A model generated the notes under the pieces. It ran no database searches and was not told where the DNA came from. It was given only the letters and a program-made list of their open reading frames with translations. From Squalus acanthias (Eukaryota), in assembly GCA_030390025.1 (NCBI GenBank), contig JASTWF010000070.1:434001-498000 (forward strand): DNA of 64,000 nt, written 5' to 3'. Position 1 is the stretch's first letter. Each line of letters opens with the position of its first letter. Made by a program: the position numbers and the translations under genes. Below are positions 24,141-35,063 of this stretch, one piece after another.

Positions 24141-27100
24141 AGTAGACGGATATTAATCATAAATAATCTCAAATTAGAAACCAACAAGAATCATTTTAAA
24201 ATCAAAGTATCCATTCAGACAACTGCACTGTTTGATTTGTTGACACGTCCACCCAATCCAATCAGCCGTTTCTTCATACGCCATCTGCCAGGAGAAGTGT
24301 TTCCAGGTTCAAGGGGCATAGTTCCGAATAATGGACCCAGGTCATTGGTTTAAGAGAATGGAAACTGAGGCTATGGCGCCCCTACCGGCAAGCGAAGAGT
24401 CTGCGTGTGCCTGGGGCCTCAATGAAAAAGCTGTTTGCCAGTTCGGAGGGCCAAGCTCGCTGCTTAGTGGCGTAGACAGATAGAAGCAGCTTCTCGTCAT
24501 AGCACACAGAAATGTACAGAAACAAAAACACATACACCCACTTACATGCACACATACATACACACAAACACATACACACATACATACACAGAAATACAAA
24601 CACACTTACACACAAACACCTACACACATAAACATACGCCCAGAAGGACAAAGGCAGCAGGCGCATGGGAACACCACCACCTCCAAGTTCCCCTCCAAGT
24701 CACACATACTGACGTGGAAATATATCGGCCGTTGCATCATCGTCGCTGGGTCAAAATCCTGGGACTCCTTCCCTAACAGCACTGTGGGAGCACCTTCACC
24801 ACAGGGACTGCAGCGGTTCAAGCAGGCGGCTCACCACCACCTTCTCAAGGGGCAACTAGGGATGGGCAATAAATCCTGGCCTTGCCAGCGACGCCCACAT
24901 CCCGTGAATAAAGAAAAATACTCTCACTCACACCTACATACACACGTATATACACACACATGCAGACACACACAGACGCACACCAATATAAACACAATCA
25001 CCAAATATAAACACAGACATACACACGCACATAAATGCATGCTTAAGTCTTGCATATCGACTTCGCATGGAAGCCATTTAGGAACATAGTTTGAGTTATC
25101 TTCACAATTAACCAGGATTGTCGTCGCATTTCTGCATCTCTACAATAATTCCTGTGGCTAAAGTATTAAAATCAATCACACCACAGGGGGCCGGGGCGGG
25201 GGTTCCTCGACTCCCTGTAGAGATAATAAAAATACTTTAAAATCTGGCTATCAGAAATACAAACAAAAACTGGTTTTGATACAATGCTGGAAAGCTACCA
25301 CAGGGAGTGGTTGAGGCGAATAGCATTGATGCAATTAAGGGGAAGCTAGATAAACACATGCGGGAGAACGAAATAGAACGACATGCTGATGGGGTGAGAT
25401 GAAGAGGGGTGGGAGGAGGCTCGTGTGGAGCATGAACACTGGCATGGACCAGTTGGGCCGAATGGCATGTGTCTGTGCTGCACATTCTGTGTAATTCTAT
25501 GGAAGGCGCCTATGGAACCTATGTCAAGGGTTTCCATCTTCAGAAGAATGAAGCGGTATGGAAACTGGGAGCTAAGAGAAAGTTACATCAATTTTAATTT
25601 TAGAATTAATTTCTGGTAGAACTGGTTTTGAGTTGAGCAGACCATTTAGTATCTTACTGAATTTCTGAACAGCGATGCGGAAATGCCTGACCTCAACTGA
25701 CAAAGACGCGAGTCTGAGCTTGAAGCAGAGAGGGGGCAGCTCGTTGGCAGCGAAGAGGCGCTTTGACTGTGACCGCGCCTGTTGCTCTGAATACCACAGA
25801 TCACGCTGCTCGGGCCGCTTGCGAGGAGATGTGCAAAGTGCAGCGAGTTGTGGAAACGGCTGGCCGAGATTCTGACTTGAGCTGGAAAATAATGGCCGAG
25901 CTAAAAGCTCTCTGTGGTTTTCCTGTTTCTGCAGCTTAGCCGCTTAAACACAGAAAGGTCAAACAGTGAGGCGCCATGTTCAACCGCACTCAGAAGACAG
26001 TTGCCACCCAGGGTAGATTCAACTGAACAGAGAGCAGACTCGAGTACATTGACCTCATTTAAAGCCTCCCTTTCCATGTGACACCGCCTCCTGTTCATCT
26101 GCATTGCCCAGTGTTTGCACAGGAGTAATTGATACTATTCTGACCCTCAATATCATTCATTAAATATCCACTCCCTCAACCACCGGCGCACCGTGGCTGC
26201 AGTGTGTACTATCTCCATACAGGCTGCACTGCAGCAACTCACCAAGGCTTCTCCGGCAGCACCTCCCAAAACCCGCGACCTCCACCACCAAGAAGGAGAA
26301 GTAGAGCAGGCGCATGGGAACACCACCACCTCCAAGTTTCGCCCTCCAAGTCACACACACCAACCTGACTTGGACAAATATCGGCCGTTCCTTCATCGTC
26401 GCTGGGTCAAAATCCTGGAACTTCCTCCCTGACAGACCTGTGGGAGTACCTTCACCACACGGACTGCAGCGGGTCAAGTAAGAAGTCCACCACCACCTTC
26501 TCAAGGACAATTAAGGGTGGGCAATAAATGCCGGCCTTGCCAGCGATGCCCACATCCCACGAACGAATAAAAATAAACGACCAGGTTCTTACTTTGATCA
26601 AAAGGTAAATCAAAGTGTGTTTACATCAAATTCTTATAAACTTTCCACCCACCATCCCTCGGTTTCATTCCTCTAAGGATTTTCCAAGTGCAGATTCTCG
26701 GAGATTTGCTCTGTCGGGCAACTGCTGAATTTCCTCTGATAAGTATTTCCGGTGAAATCGCAAGCCAGCTCTTTCTGGAATACCTTTACGGTCCAATAGC
26801 AATAGCGACCATAAGACATCCTTATTCACGATGCTGCTAACAGATTGCAGCCAGGGTTCAATATCCTACATTTATTCGGTGTGTGGAAACGCTTCCGTGT
26901 CGTGACTACTTTTGGATTACATTCTGAACTTCTGGCTTTCACCTCCCAATCCCGCGACCACCACCACCGAGAAGGACAGGGGCAGCATGTGAATGGGAAC
27001 ACCACCACCTCCAATTTCCCCTCCAAGTCACACACACAGAATCACAGAATCATAGATTGTTTGCAGCACAGAAGGAGGCCATTCGGCCCATCGATCCCGT

Positions 27101-27976
27101 GCCGGCTCACTGCAAGAGCACTTCAGCTAGTCCCACTCCCCTGCCCTTTCCCCGTAGCCCTGCATTAATTTCCCTTCAGATACTTATCCAATTCCCTTTT
27201 GAAAGCCACGATTGAGTCTGCTTCCACCACCCTTTCAGGCAATGCGTTCCTCATCCTAAATAATTGCTGTGTACAAAAGTTTTTCCTCATGTCGCCTTTG
27301 GTTCTTTTGCCAATCACCTTAAATCTGTGTCCTCTGGTTGTCGGCCCTCCTACCAATGGGAACAGTTTCTCTCTATCTACTCTGTGTAGACCCCTCATGA
27401 TTTTGAACCATCCTGAATTGGAAATAAATCGGCCTTCCCTTCATCGTCGCTGTGTCAAAATCCTGGAACTCCCTCCCGAACAGCACTGTGGGAGCACCTT
27501 CACCGTACGGAACTGCAGCGGTTCAAGAAGGCGGCTCACCACCACCTTCTCAAGGGCAACTAGGAATGGGCAATAAATGCCGGCTTTACCAGCGACGTCC
27601 TCATCCCGTGAATGAAGTAACTACAATTCTAAACTTTAACTGCCAAAATTAAAAATCAGAACAATGACAAATGCGCACATCCATACCATAACCTTTCTGT
27701 CACCCTCTCCGAACTATAATCGAAAGCTCTTTATGGTCACTCTGCAATTTGCATTAGACTGACCGCTGTGATGCACAGACACTGCCCACATGTAAAATGC
27801 ATGAGGCGTGGGATGCAACAGGATACTGCAGCCAACGGCTTAGCTCGTAATAGTTTCCAACGTATCTGAGGGGGGTGTAACCAACTGTGTGTGCGCTCGG
27901 GTCACTCGGCGCCCACTCCGAATGCAGAATGTTGAGAGCAAGCACGGGAATAACTGAGCGCGGTGCCGGCCTCAAG

Positions 27977-28031
27977 ATGTTAAAGGAAGCTTTTTCCCTG
28001 ATCCTCATTGTCCACGTGTTCTGGCCTTACG
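27977..28031 (+). CDS. Receptor A leader exon
   Basis: MLKEAFSLILIVHVFWPY, donor G|GTGAGT. Confidence 0.75.
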
Positions 28032-31000
28032 GTGAGTGAGACACGATTGCGAGCTCCTAAATGTAATCAGCCAAAAACTGGAAACAATGGACTGTGTTTA
28101 CTAGGTCGAAAATGTGACCCAGCTAACAGCTTTTGGGCTGATATTTTCGCCCATTCCCTATCTCTGTAACCTCCTCCAGCCCTGTTGCTCTCCGAGATCT
28201 CTGCGCACCTCCAATTCTGGACACTTGAACAACCCCGATTTTAATCGCTCCAGCATTGGCGGGCCGTGCCTTCAGCTGCCTGATCCCTAAGCTGTGGAAT
28301 TCCCTCCCGAAACCTCTCCACCTCTCTCTCCTCCTTTAAGACGCTCCTTAAAACCTACCTCTTTGACCAAGCATTTGGTCACCTGTCCTAACATCTCAGT
28401 TTGTGGTTCGGAGTCAAATTTCTGTAAAGCGCCTTGGGTCGTTTAATTACGTTAAAGGCGCTGTATCAAAGAAAGTTGTTGTTGATAATGTTGGCTTACT
28501 TTCTGGTCCTTCTATAAGGCGAAGTAAAGGCAAACTAGAGAATGGATATAACAAGCAATAACTAAAGGCAATAATTATGCTGTTCTTAAATTACAGGCGA
28601 GGTGTTTCAACGCGGCTTCTTTCTATCGCTCAATAATCAGTTCTAATTTAAAAATAATCCCTCTAGTTGCAGAATCCCAGCCCTTTCTGTCTCGGAGCCC
28701 CTTCACACTGACAGCCGGAGTCGGCCAGTCGGTTGAATTGGAATGTCACCAGAATTATGAAGTGGAATTTGTGAATAGCTATTACTGGTACAAGCAGTGT
28801 GTGGGTGAAGCCCCGAGACTAATCGATATCCCATCCTGTAATCGGACCGATTGCAAGTTTACTTCTAAAAGAGGACACACCGATTATATACTGATCCTGA
28901 AAATCCGCAATGTGCAGGTGGCTGACACCGGCTCCTATTACTGTGCTGATAGGGATAGCAATGCACCGCTCGGGAATGGATCCACACTGCTGGTTGGAGG
29001 TAAGAGCAAAACCAAATTGAATTCAGATCATGCACAGCAATATAATTCGGTGTAAAGTAAGAGTTAACTGTGTCCCAATCCCTGTCCAGACAGTTCCACA
29101 CAGGCTGTGCTGGTGTTTGCTCCGCCGGGGGAGCCGCATTTAAGGGACACCGTCCCCTTGGTGTGTTTGGTCACTGGCTTCTCCTCGAACCAGATTGCTA
29201 TTTACTGGAACGTTACCGGACAGTTGACCGAGGGACGGAGCGATTCCGGTACACTGGACCCGGACGGGACCTACAGCATCAGAAGCCATGTGATGGTCCC
29301 GAGGGAAGCCTGGAGAAGCGGCGGGGTCTGCACCTGTATTGTTGAGCTGGGTTCCAAGGACAAATCTTGGGCCAAGAGCGTGTCGCGCCCCAATAGAGTG
29401 GCAGGTGAGTCGGTGATCTGTTTAGCGAAGGTTAGTATTCAGCTTTAGCGTCAGTTGGAGTAGTTCACTCGCTCCTAAGCGCCTCGCGTCTGTAAATAAA
29501 GCAACACCACGGGATGAGCATGAATATCTATATATCAGGAGAATAGTGCGATCAGTCTGTTATAAAATACATTGAAATAAGCTATGGTTACCATCCGTCC
29601 CAGGTCTTGTAAATACTTTCTCCACTCTTGGCTGACTTTAGATTTCTGCGTGTCATCTTAGAATCATAGAATGATACAGCACAGAAGGAGGCCATTCGGC
29701 CCATCGTACCTGTGTCGGCTCTTTGAAAGATCTATCCAAATAATCCCACTCTCCGCTGATCTTTCCCCACAGCCCTTGCAAGATTCTCGCCTTCAAGTAT
29801 TTATCCGGTTCCCTTTTGAAAGTTATTAGTGAATCAGCTTCCACCGCCCTTTCAGGCAGCGCATCAACAACAACAACAACAACTTGTATTTATATAGCGC
29901 CTTTAACGTAGTAAAGCGTCCCAAGGCGCTGCTCAGGAGTATTTTAAGACTACAAATTTGACACTGATCTACATAAGGATAAATTAGGGCAGGGGACCAA
30001 AAGCTTGGTCAAAGAGGTTGGTGTTAAGGAGCGTCTTAAAGGAGCGCAGATATCTCAGGGGATTGTAGGGGCTGGAGGAGATTACAGAGATAGTAAGGGG
30101 CGAAGCCATGGAGGGATTTGAAAACAAGGATGATAATTTTGAAATCGAGGTGCTGCTTAACCGGGAGCCAATGTAGGTCAGCGAGCACAGGGGGTGATGT
30201 GTGAATGGGACTAGGCGCGAGTTGGGACACTGGGGCAGCCGAGTTTTGGATGACCTCAAGTTTACGTAGGGTCGAATGTGGGAGGCCAGCCAAGAGTGTG
30301 TTGAAATAGTCAAGTCTAGAGGTAACAAAGGCATGGATGAGGGTTTCAGCAGCGGATGAGCTGAGGCAAGGGCAGAGACGGGCGATGGAATGGATTGGAG
30401 TGAACGCGCTTTCTGACCTGAAGCTCGTCAAGAGATGCGGTGAAATAGTTGGCTGAACGCATCTGCTGGGATCAGACGCTCGCTCATTTCCACCCGTTTA
30501 TTTTCTCGTTTCCTGTTTTAAAGACCCGAACCACCCTTATCAATCCCCACTTTCCCCGTGAAATAGATTTTCATTTAATCGGGTTATGAAGCTTCACTGA
30601 AATTGGGTAATTGTTCCAGTTTATCACTCATAAAACATGGGGGTGTATGTGCACAAATCTTTGAAGGTGGCAGGACAAGTCGAGAAGATTGTTAAAAAAC
30701 ATATGGACTCTTTGGCTTTATTAATAGAGGAATAGAGTACAGAAGCAAGGAAGTTATGCTAAACCTTTATAAAGCAATGGTTGGGCCACAGCTGGAGTAT
30801 TGTGTCCAGTTCTGGGCACCACACTTTAGGAAGGATGTCAAGGACTTGGAGAGGGATGCAGAGGAGATTTACCAGAATGGTACCAGGGTTGAGGGACTTC
30901 AGTTATGTGGAGAGACTGGAGAAGCTGGGATTGAATTCCTTCGAGCAGAGAAGATTAAGAGGAGATTTAATAGAGGTGTTCAATCATGAATCATGAAGGG

Positions 31001-32288
31001 TGGTGATAGAATAAATAAGGAGAAACTGTTTCCAGTGGCAGAAGGGTCGGTAGCCAGAGGACACAGATTTAAGGTGATTGGCAAAAGAATCAGAGGGGAG
31101 ATGAGGAAACATTTTTTTATGCAGCGAGTTGTTGTGAACTGGAATGCGCTGCCTGAAAGGGCGGTGGAAGCAGATTCAATAATAACTTTCAGAAGAGAAC
31201 TGGATAAATACTTGAAGGGATAACATTAACAGGGCTATGGGGAAAGAGAAGGGGAGTGGGTCTAATTGGGTAGCTCCACCAACGAGCCGGCACAGCCGCG
31301 ATCGGTTGAATGGCCTCCTTCTGATCTGTAATCATTCTATGTTTCAGTTTTCAAATAGTATGTTTTCATTGTGTATTATTAAAATTATGGGGCATAACTA
31401 AGAGTGCCGTCTGTCAATTTGTCTCAACCACCAAACTAGTGCAATGTATTCCAATATGAGCTTTCACTTGTCCAATATGCATCGCATTGGCTGATTTGTC
31501 CTTTCACACCCCGGGTTTGATGCTCCTACATTGTAACTGGATCAAGTTTCTCATAAGAGAATCCCAGAAAGTAATGATTTGACCCAGATGCATTTTCTAA
31601 GTGTTTCTCTCTGTAGGGTGGTGCATTCTGACCCTTCCCTTTGCCATAACTGTCTCGGTGAGCCTGGTTCTGGTATTGATCCTCATTTCCATTTGGAATC
31701 ATAAAAGCGGCAGATCAGGTGTGAATTTACGTTTATCAGGAATATTTGAATAAATGTTTGTTTAATGTGACTCCCTTCTCGAAGCGTTAAATACTTATTA
31801 CAGTTCACTCAGAGGGTTGTGAAACTTTGGCATTCTCTGCCCCAGAGGGCTGTCGATGTTCAGTCTTAGAGTATATTTAAGACTGAGATAGATAGATTTT
31901 TGGACTCTAGGGGATTCAAGGGATATGGAGATCGGGGTGGAAAGAAGAGTTGAGGTCGATGATCAGCCATGATCTTATTGCATGGCGGAGCAGGCTCGAG
32001 GGGACGAATGGCCTACTCCTGCTCCTAATTCCTATGTTCTTGTGATCTTTCAAAGAGCCAGCACAGGCACGATGGACCGAATGGCCTGCTTCTGTGCTGC
32101 ATCGTTCTATGATTCCATGAAACGCGACTGCAGGACGAGATAGTTTTACCTGCCTTTAAATATCTTGAAATGTCAATGTTTAATATATTTTCCTGTCACA
32201 GGGCGGCCCGCAAGACCAGATACTTTACGCCTCTCTGGAATTTGCTGCCTCGGAAAAGTCATCAAAAAAGAAGGCGGGTCGCGGATGA
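27977..32288 (+). CDS. Non-rearranging VJ-C1 transmembrane Ig-superfamily receptor with ITIM exon (PRARP/VJC1-like), receptor A
   Basis: Leader 27977-28031, V+J-like exon 28667-28999, C1 exon 29090-29404 and TM exon 31617-31718 are all phase 1 and open. The last exon 32202-32288 reads GGPQDQILYASLEF...* in phase 0. AATAAA at 32622-32627. The splice route from TM to the last exon is uncertain. Confidence 0.82.
28667..28999 (+). CDS. Receptor A V-set exon with encoded J-like strand
   Basis: AGVGQSVELEC..YYWYKQ..GEAPRLI..LKIRNVQVADTGSYYC..LGNGSTLLVG, donor G|GTAAGA. Confidence 0.9.
29090..29404 (+). CDS. Receptor A C1-set exon
   Basis: VLVFAPP..TVPLVCLVTGFSSNQIAIYW..DPDGTYSIRSHVMVPREAWRSGGVCTCIV; acceptor GTCCAG|, donor G|GTGAGT. 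Confidence 0.9.
29866..30390 (-). mobile_element. L2-type LINE 3-prime fragment
   Basis: AETLIHAFVTSRLDY..LADLHWLPVKQ. Confidence 0.85.
30635..31345 (+). mobile_element. CR1 LINE 3-prime fragment in a receptor A intron
   Basis: PQLEYCVQFWAPH, RRLRGDLIEVF. Confidence 0.88.
31617..31718 (+). CDS. Receptor A transmembrane exon
   Basis: Acceptor TCTCTCTGTAG|; GWCILTLPFAITVSVSLVLVLILISIWNHKSGRS: uncharged TM with juxtamembrane Cys and basic stop-transfer residues. Confidence 0.8.
31804..32120 (+). mobile_element. CR1 3-prime ends inserted between the TM and ITIM exons of receptor A
   Basis: TTCACTCAGAGGGTTGTG.. and the GAGCAGGCTCGAGGG..GAATGGCCTACTCCTGCTCC tail. Confidence 0.85.
32202..32288 (+). 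CDS. Receptor A last cytoplasmic exon with ITIM (ILYASL, 32220-32237)
   Basis: Acceptor TTTTCCTGTCACAG|; the phase-0 frame gives a canonical I-x-Y-x-x-L followed by a stop. Confidence 0.7.
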   Translation, partial: GGPQDQILYASLEFAASEKSSKKKAGRG

Positions 32289-32744
32289 GAATCCGGAGGG
32301 TTTCTATCCGATGGATGCGGGCGGAGACAGGACTTACAAAAGAACCCACAGCCTGCTGGAAAAAGAATGGAGCCCCGGAGAATCCCGTCAAACATCTAAA
32401 CTATCTGCCTGCACTCGCCAAAGTTTGCAAAAACGCTTTCTGTTCAATGTAACGAACGTGCTTTGAGTATTGTAAAAATATTCCACTGTATTCGTGTAAT
32501 TCAAGTGTGAGACAAACATTAAGAGCAGGGACTTCTCGGTTTGGTGTTTCTCTGAACCTTTCCTGCTCATCCTGCAGCTCCAGTTAATAACAAGATTTGT
32601 ATTTACAAATGCTTGTGTATTAATAAAATAAATTTTTCTCCGAATTTAAAGATGCACGAGAGGTTCCTATCGACCAATACTTCGCTTATATTTAAATGTG
32701 ATCAGGATAAAACTTCAATGACTATTCAGATGACAATATCGGTT

Positions 32745-33382
32745 TATTGCAAGGGGGTTGGAGTATAAAAGCAGGGAACTCCTGCTACAACTGCACAGGG
32801 TACTGTTGAGACCACACCTTGAGTGCTGCGTACAGTTTTGGTCTCCTTAGTTAAGGAAGCATATACTTGCATTGGAGGCTGTTCAGAGACGATTCACTAG
32901 GTTAATTCCAGAGATGAGGGGGTTGGCTTATGAGGAAAGGTTGAGCAGATTGGGCCTATACTCATTGGAATTTAGAAGAATGAGAGGGGATCTTATTGAA
33001 ACATCTAAGATATTGAGGGGGCTCGACAAGGTAGATGCAGAGAGAATGTTTCCCCTCGTGGGGAAATCTAGAACACGGGGGCATAGTTTCAGAATAAAGG
33101 TTCGCCCTTTTAGAACTGAGTTGAGGAGGAATTTCTTCTCTCAGAGGGTCGTAAATCTTTGGAATTCTCTTCCCCAGACAGCCGTGGAGGCTGGGTCATT
33201 TAATACATTTAAATGGAGATAGACAGATTTTTACAAGATAAAGGAATCAAGGGTTATGGGGAGTTGACAGGGAAGTGGCTTTGAGCCCAAGATCAGCCAT
33301 GATCTTAATGAATGGCAGAGCAGGCTCGAGGGGCCAATTGGCCTATTCCTGCTCCTATTTCTTAAGTTCCTATGTTCTTATG
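32745..33382 (+). mobile_element. CR1 LINE 3-prime fragment
   Basis: EAVQRRFTRLIP..LYSLEFRRMRGDL and CR1 tail. Confidence 0.88.
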
Positions 33383-35063
33383 TCCTGAATTGAGATACTG
33401 TTCGTGGCGATATCCTCTGTCTGAGAAGCGAGATGCTTAATCATTTACAGACTAAGAACACAACAGGAGAGATTCGCGGACAGAGATGCGGGGAATTGTG
33501 CCTGGTTCCATTTTACCTTTGGGGTCGTGTGTTTTGCTATGTGTAGTAATGTCAAAACTACATGTCAGAGACAGATGGTGAGTGTAGCGTGGCTTGGGAG
33601 GAATGGGTGACATTGGACCTGTGGTTTCCTAAAGCTCTCCACCACTGGGGTTTGCTTACGTCAGGTCTGGGTCTGTTGTAGACTCATGGGTAGGGATGGA
33701 TTGCCATGACAACCCATTATCATTGTATCATGCGACCACCAGGATGGTAGAAGGTGAACTCGGTGGACCTTGGCCTTTTCTCGTCTAGCAATTCCTATGC
33801 TCAAGATCCCAGGTATGCACAGTATTGGGCGAGAATATTCAACCAGAGACAGGATTGCACCATAGGTGGTTATATTGCTTTTTCAGCGTCAGATCAGTCT
33901 GAGTATCCCCTTCTGATTAGTTTGGAATCAGCATGTACAACCGGATGAGATTCAGGAGCAGCAAAAACTGTTCCTGGCAAAGACCCTTTCAAATCCATCT
34001 CCCAGAAACTGACCAATAAATCACATGAGGATTTGAATAAATTCCTAACAACCGTGTTCTTCTTAATGTTAGTTTATACTGCAGGGTTCTATAAAGCAGA
34101 TCTAAGTTCACCAGGACGATACCGGGGAAAAGAGGGTTACATTCTAAGGACAGGTTGCATAGAGTAGGCTTGTATTATTTTGAGTTTAGAAGATTAAGGG
34201 TGAACTAATTGAGATGTTTAAGATGATTAAAGGATTCGATAGGGTAGATAGGGTAGATAGAGAGAAACTATTTCCTCTGGTGGGGAGAGTCCAGAACAAG
34301 GGGGCAGAATCTTAAAATTAGAGCCAGGCCGTTCAGGGGTAATGTCAGGAAGCACTTCTTCACACAAAAGCTAGTGGAAATCTAGAACTCTCTCATCCAA
34401 AAAGTTGTTGAGGCTGGGGGTCAATTGGAAATATCAAAACTCAGATTGATAGATTTTTGTTGGGTAAGGGTATTAAGGGTTACGGAACCAAGGCGGGTAA
34501 ATGGAGTTAAGATACAGATCAGCCGTGATCTAATTGAATGGTGATCAGGCTCCAGAGGCTGAATGGCCTCCTCCTGTTCCAATGTTCCTGTCGCCAGTAG
34601 GATAATTCGTTCGGACGACTAAAAGGCAAATTGAAGACTGATTTTTGGAGGTTGATCACACAAAGAGTGATCAGCACATGGAATGGTCCTCTGGGTAGGG
34701 TGGTGTGAATGAAAACCCCTGGAGTCATTTAGGAAACAGTTTGGCTGCCCTGATGGGCGAGAAGGTCAGAATCTTTCTGGATTCCTGAGCTAAGTTTGGC
34801 AGAATGACCTTTTTCACGTGCAGTGATCTTGTGACAAGTGACGTAATAAAGACTCACTACGCACTTGAACATAAAGCAAGGCTTTAATCAACTTGTAACA
34901 AAACATGGAGGTCTAGTTAGCAGTCACTAGCTTCCTGTTTCCAGATTGTCTCTGCCCAAGGTGGGCCCATGCCTGAGTATTTATACTCCCTGGACGGCGC
35001 CCCAGCTGGCCGCCCAGTAGTACTTCCTGAGTTGTTACTTGCGATTTATGACATTCTTCCTCC

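Noticed and set aside
28667-29404. Receptor A as a TCR chain or another Ig light chain
   Set aside because: No RSS, a TM without charged residues, an ITIM exon, and no terminal light-chain Cys-stop
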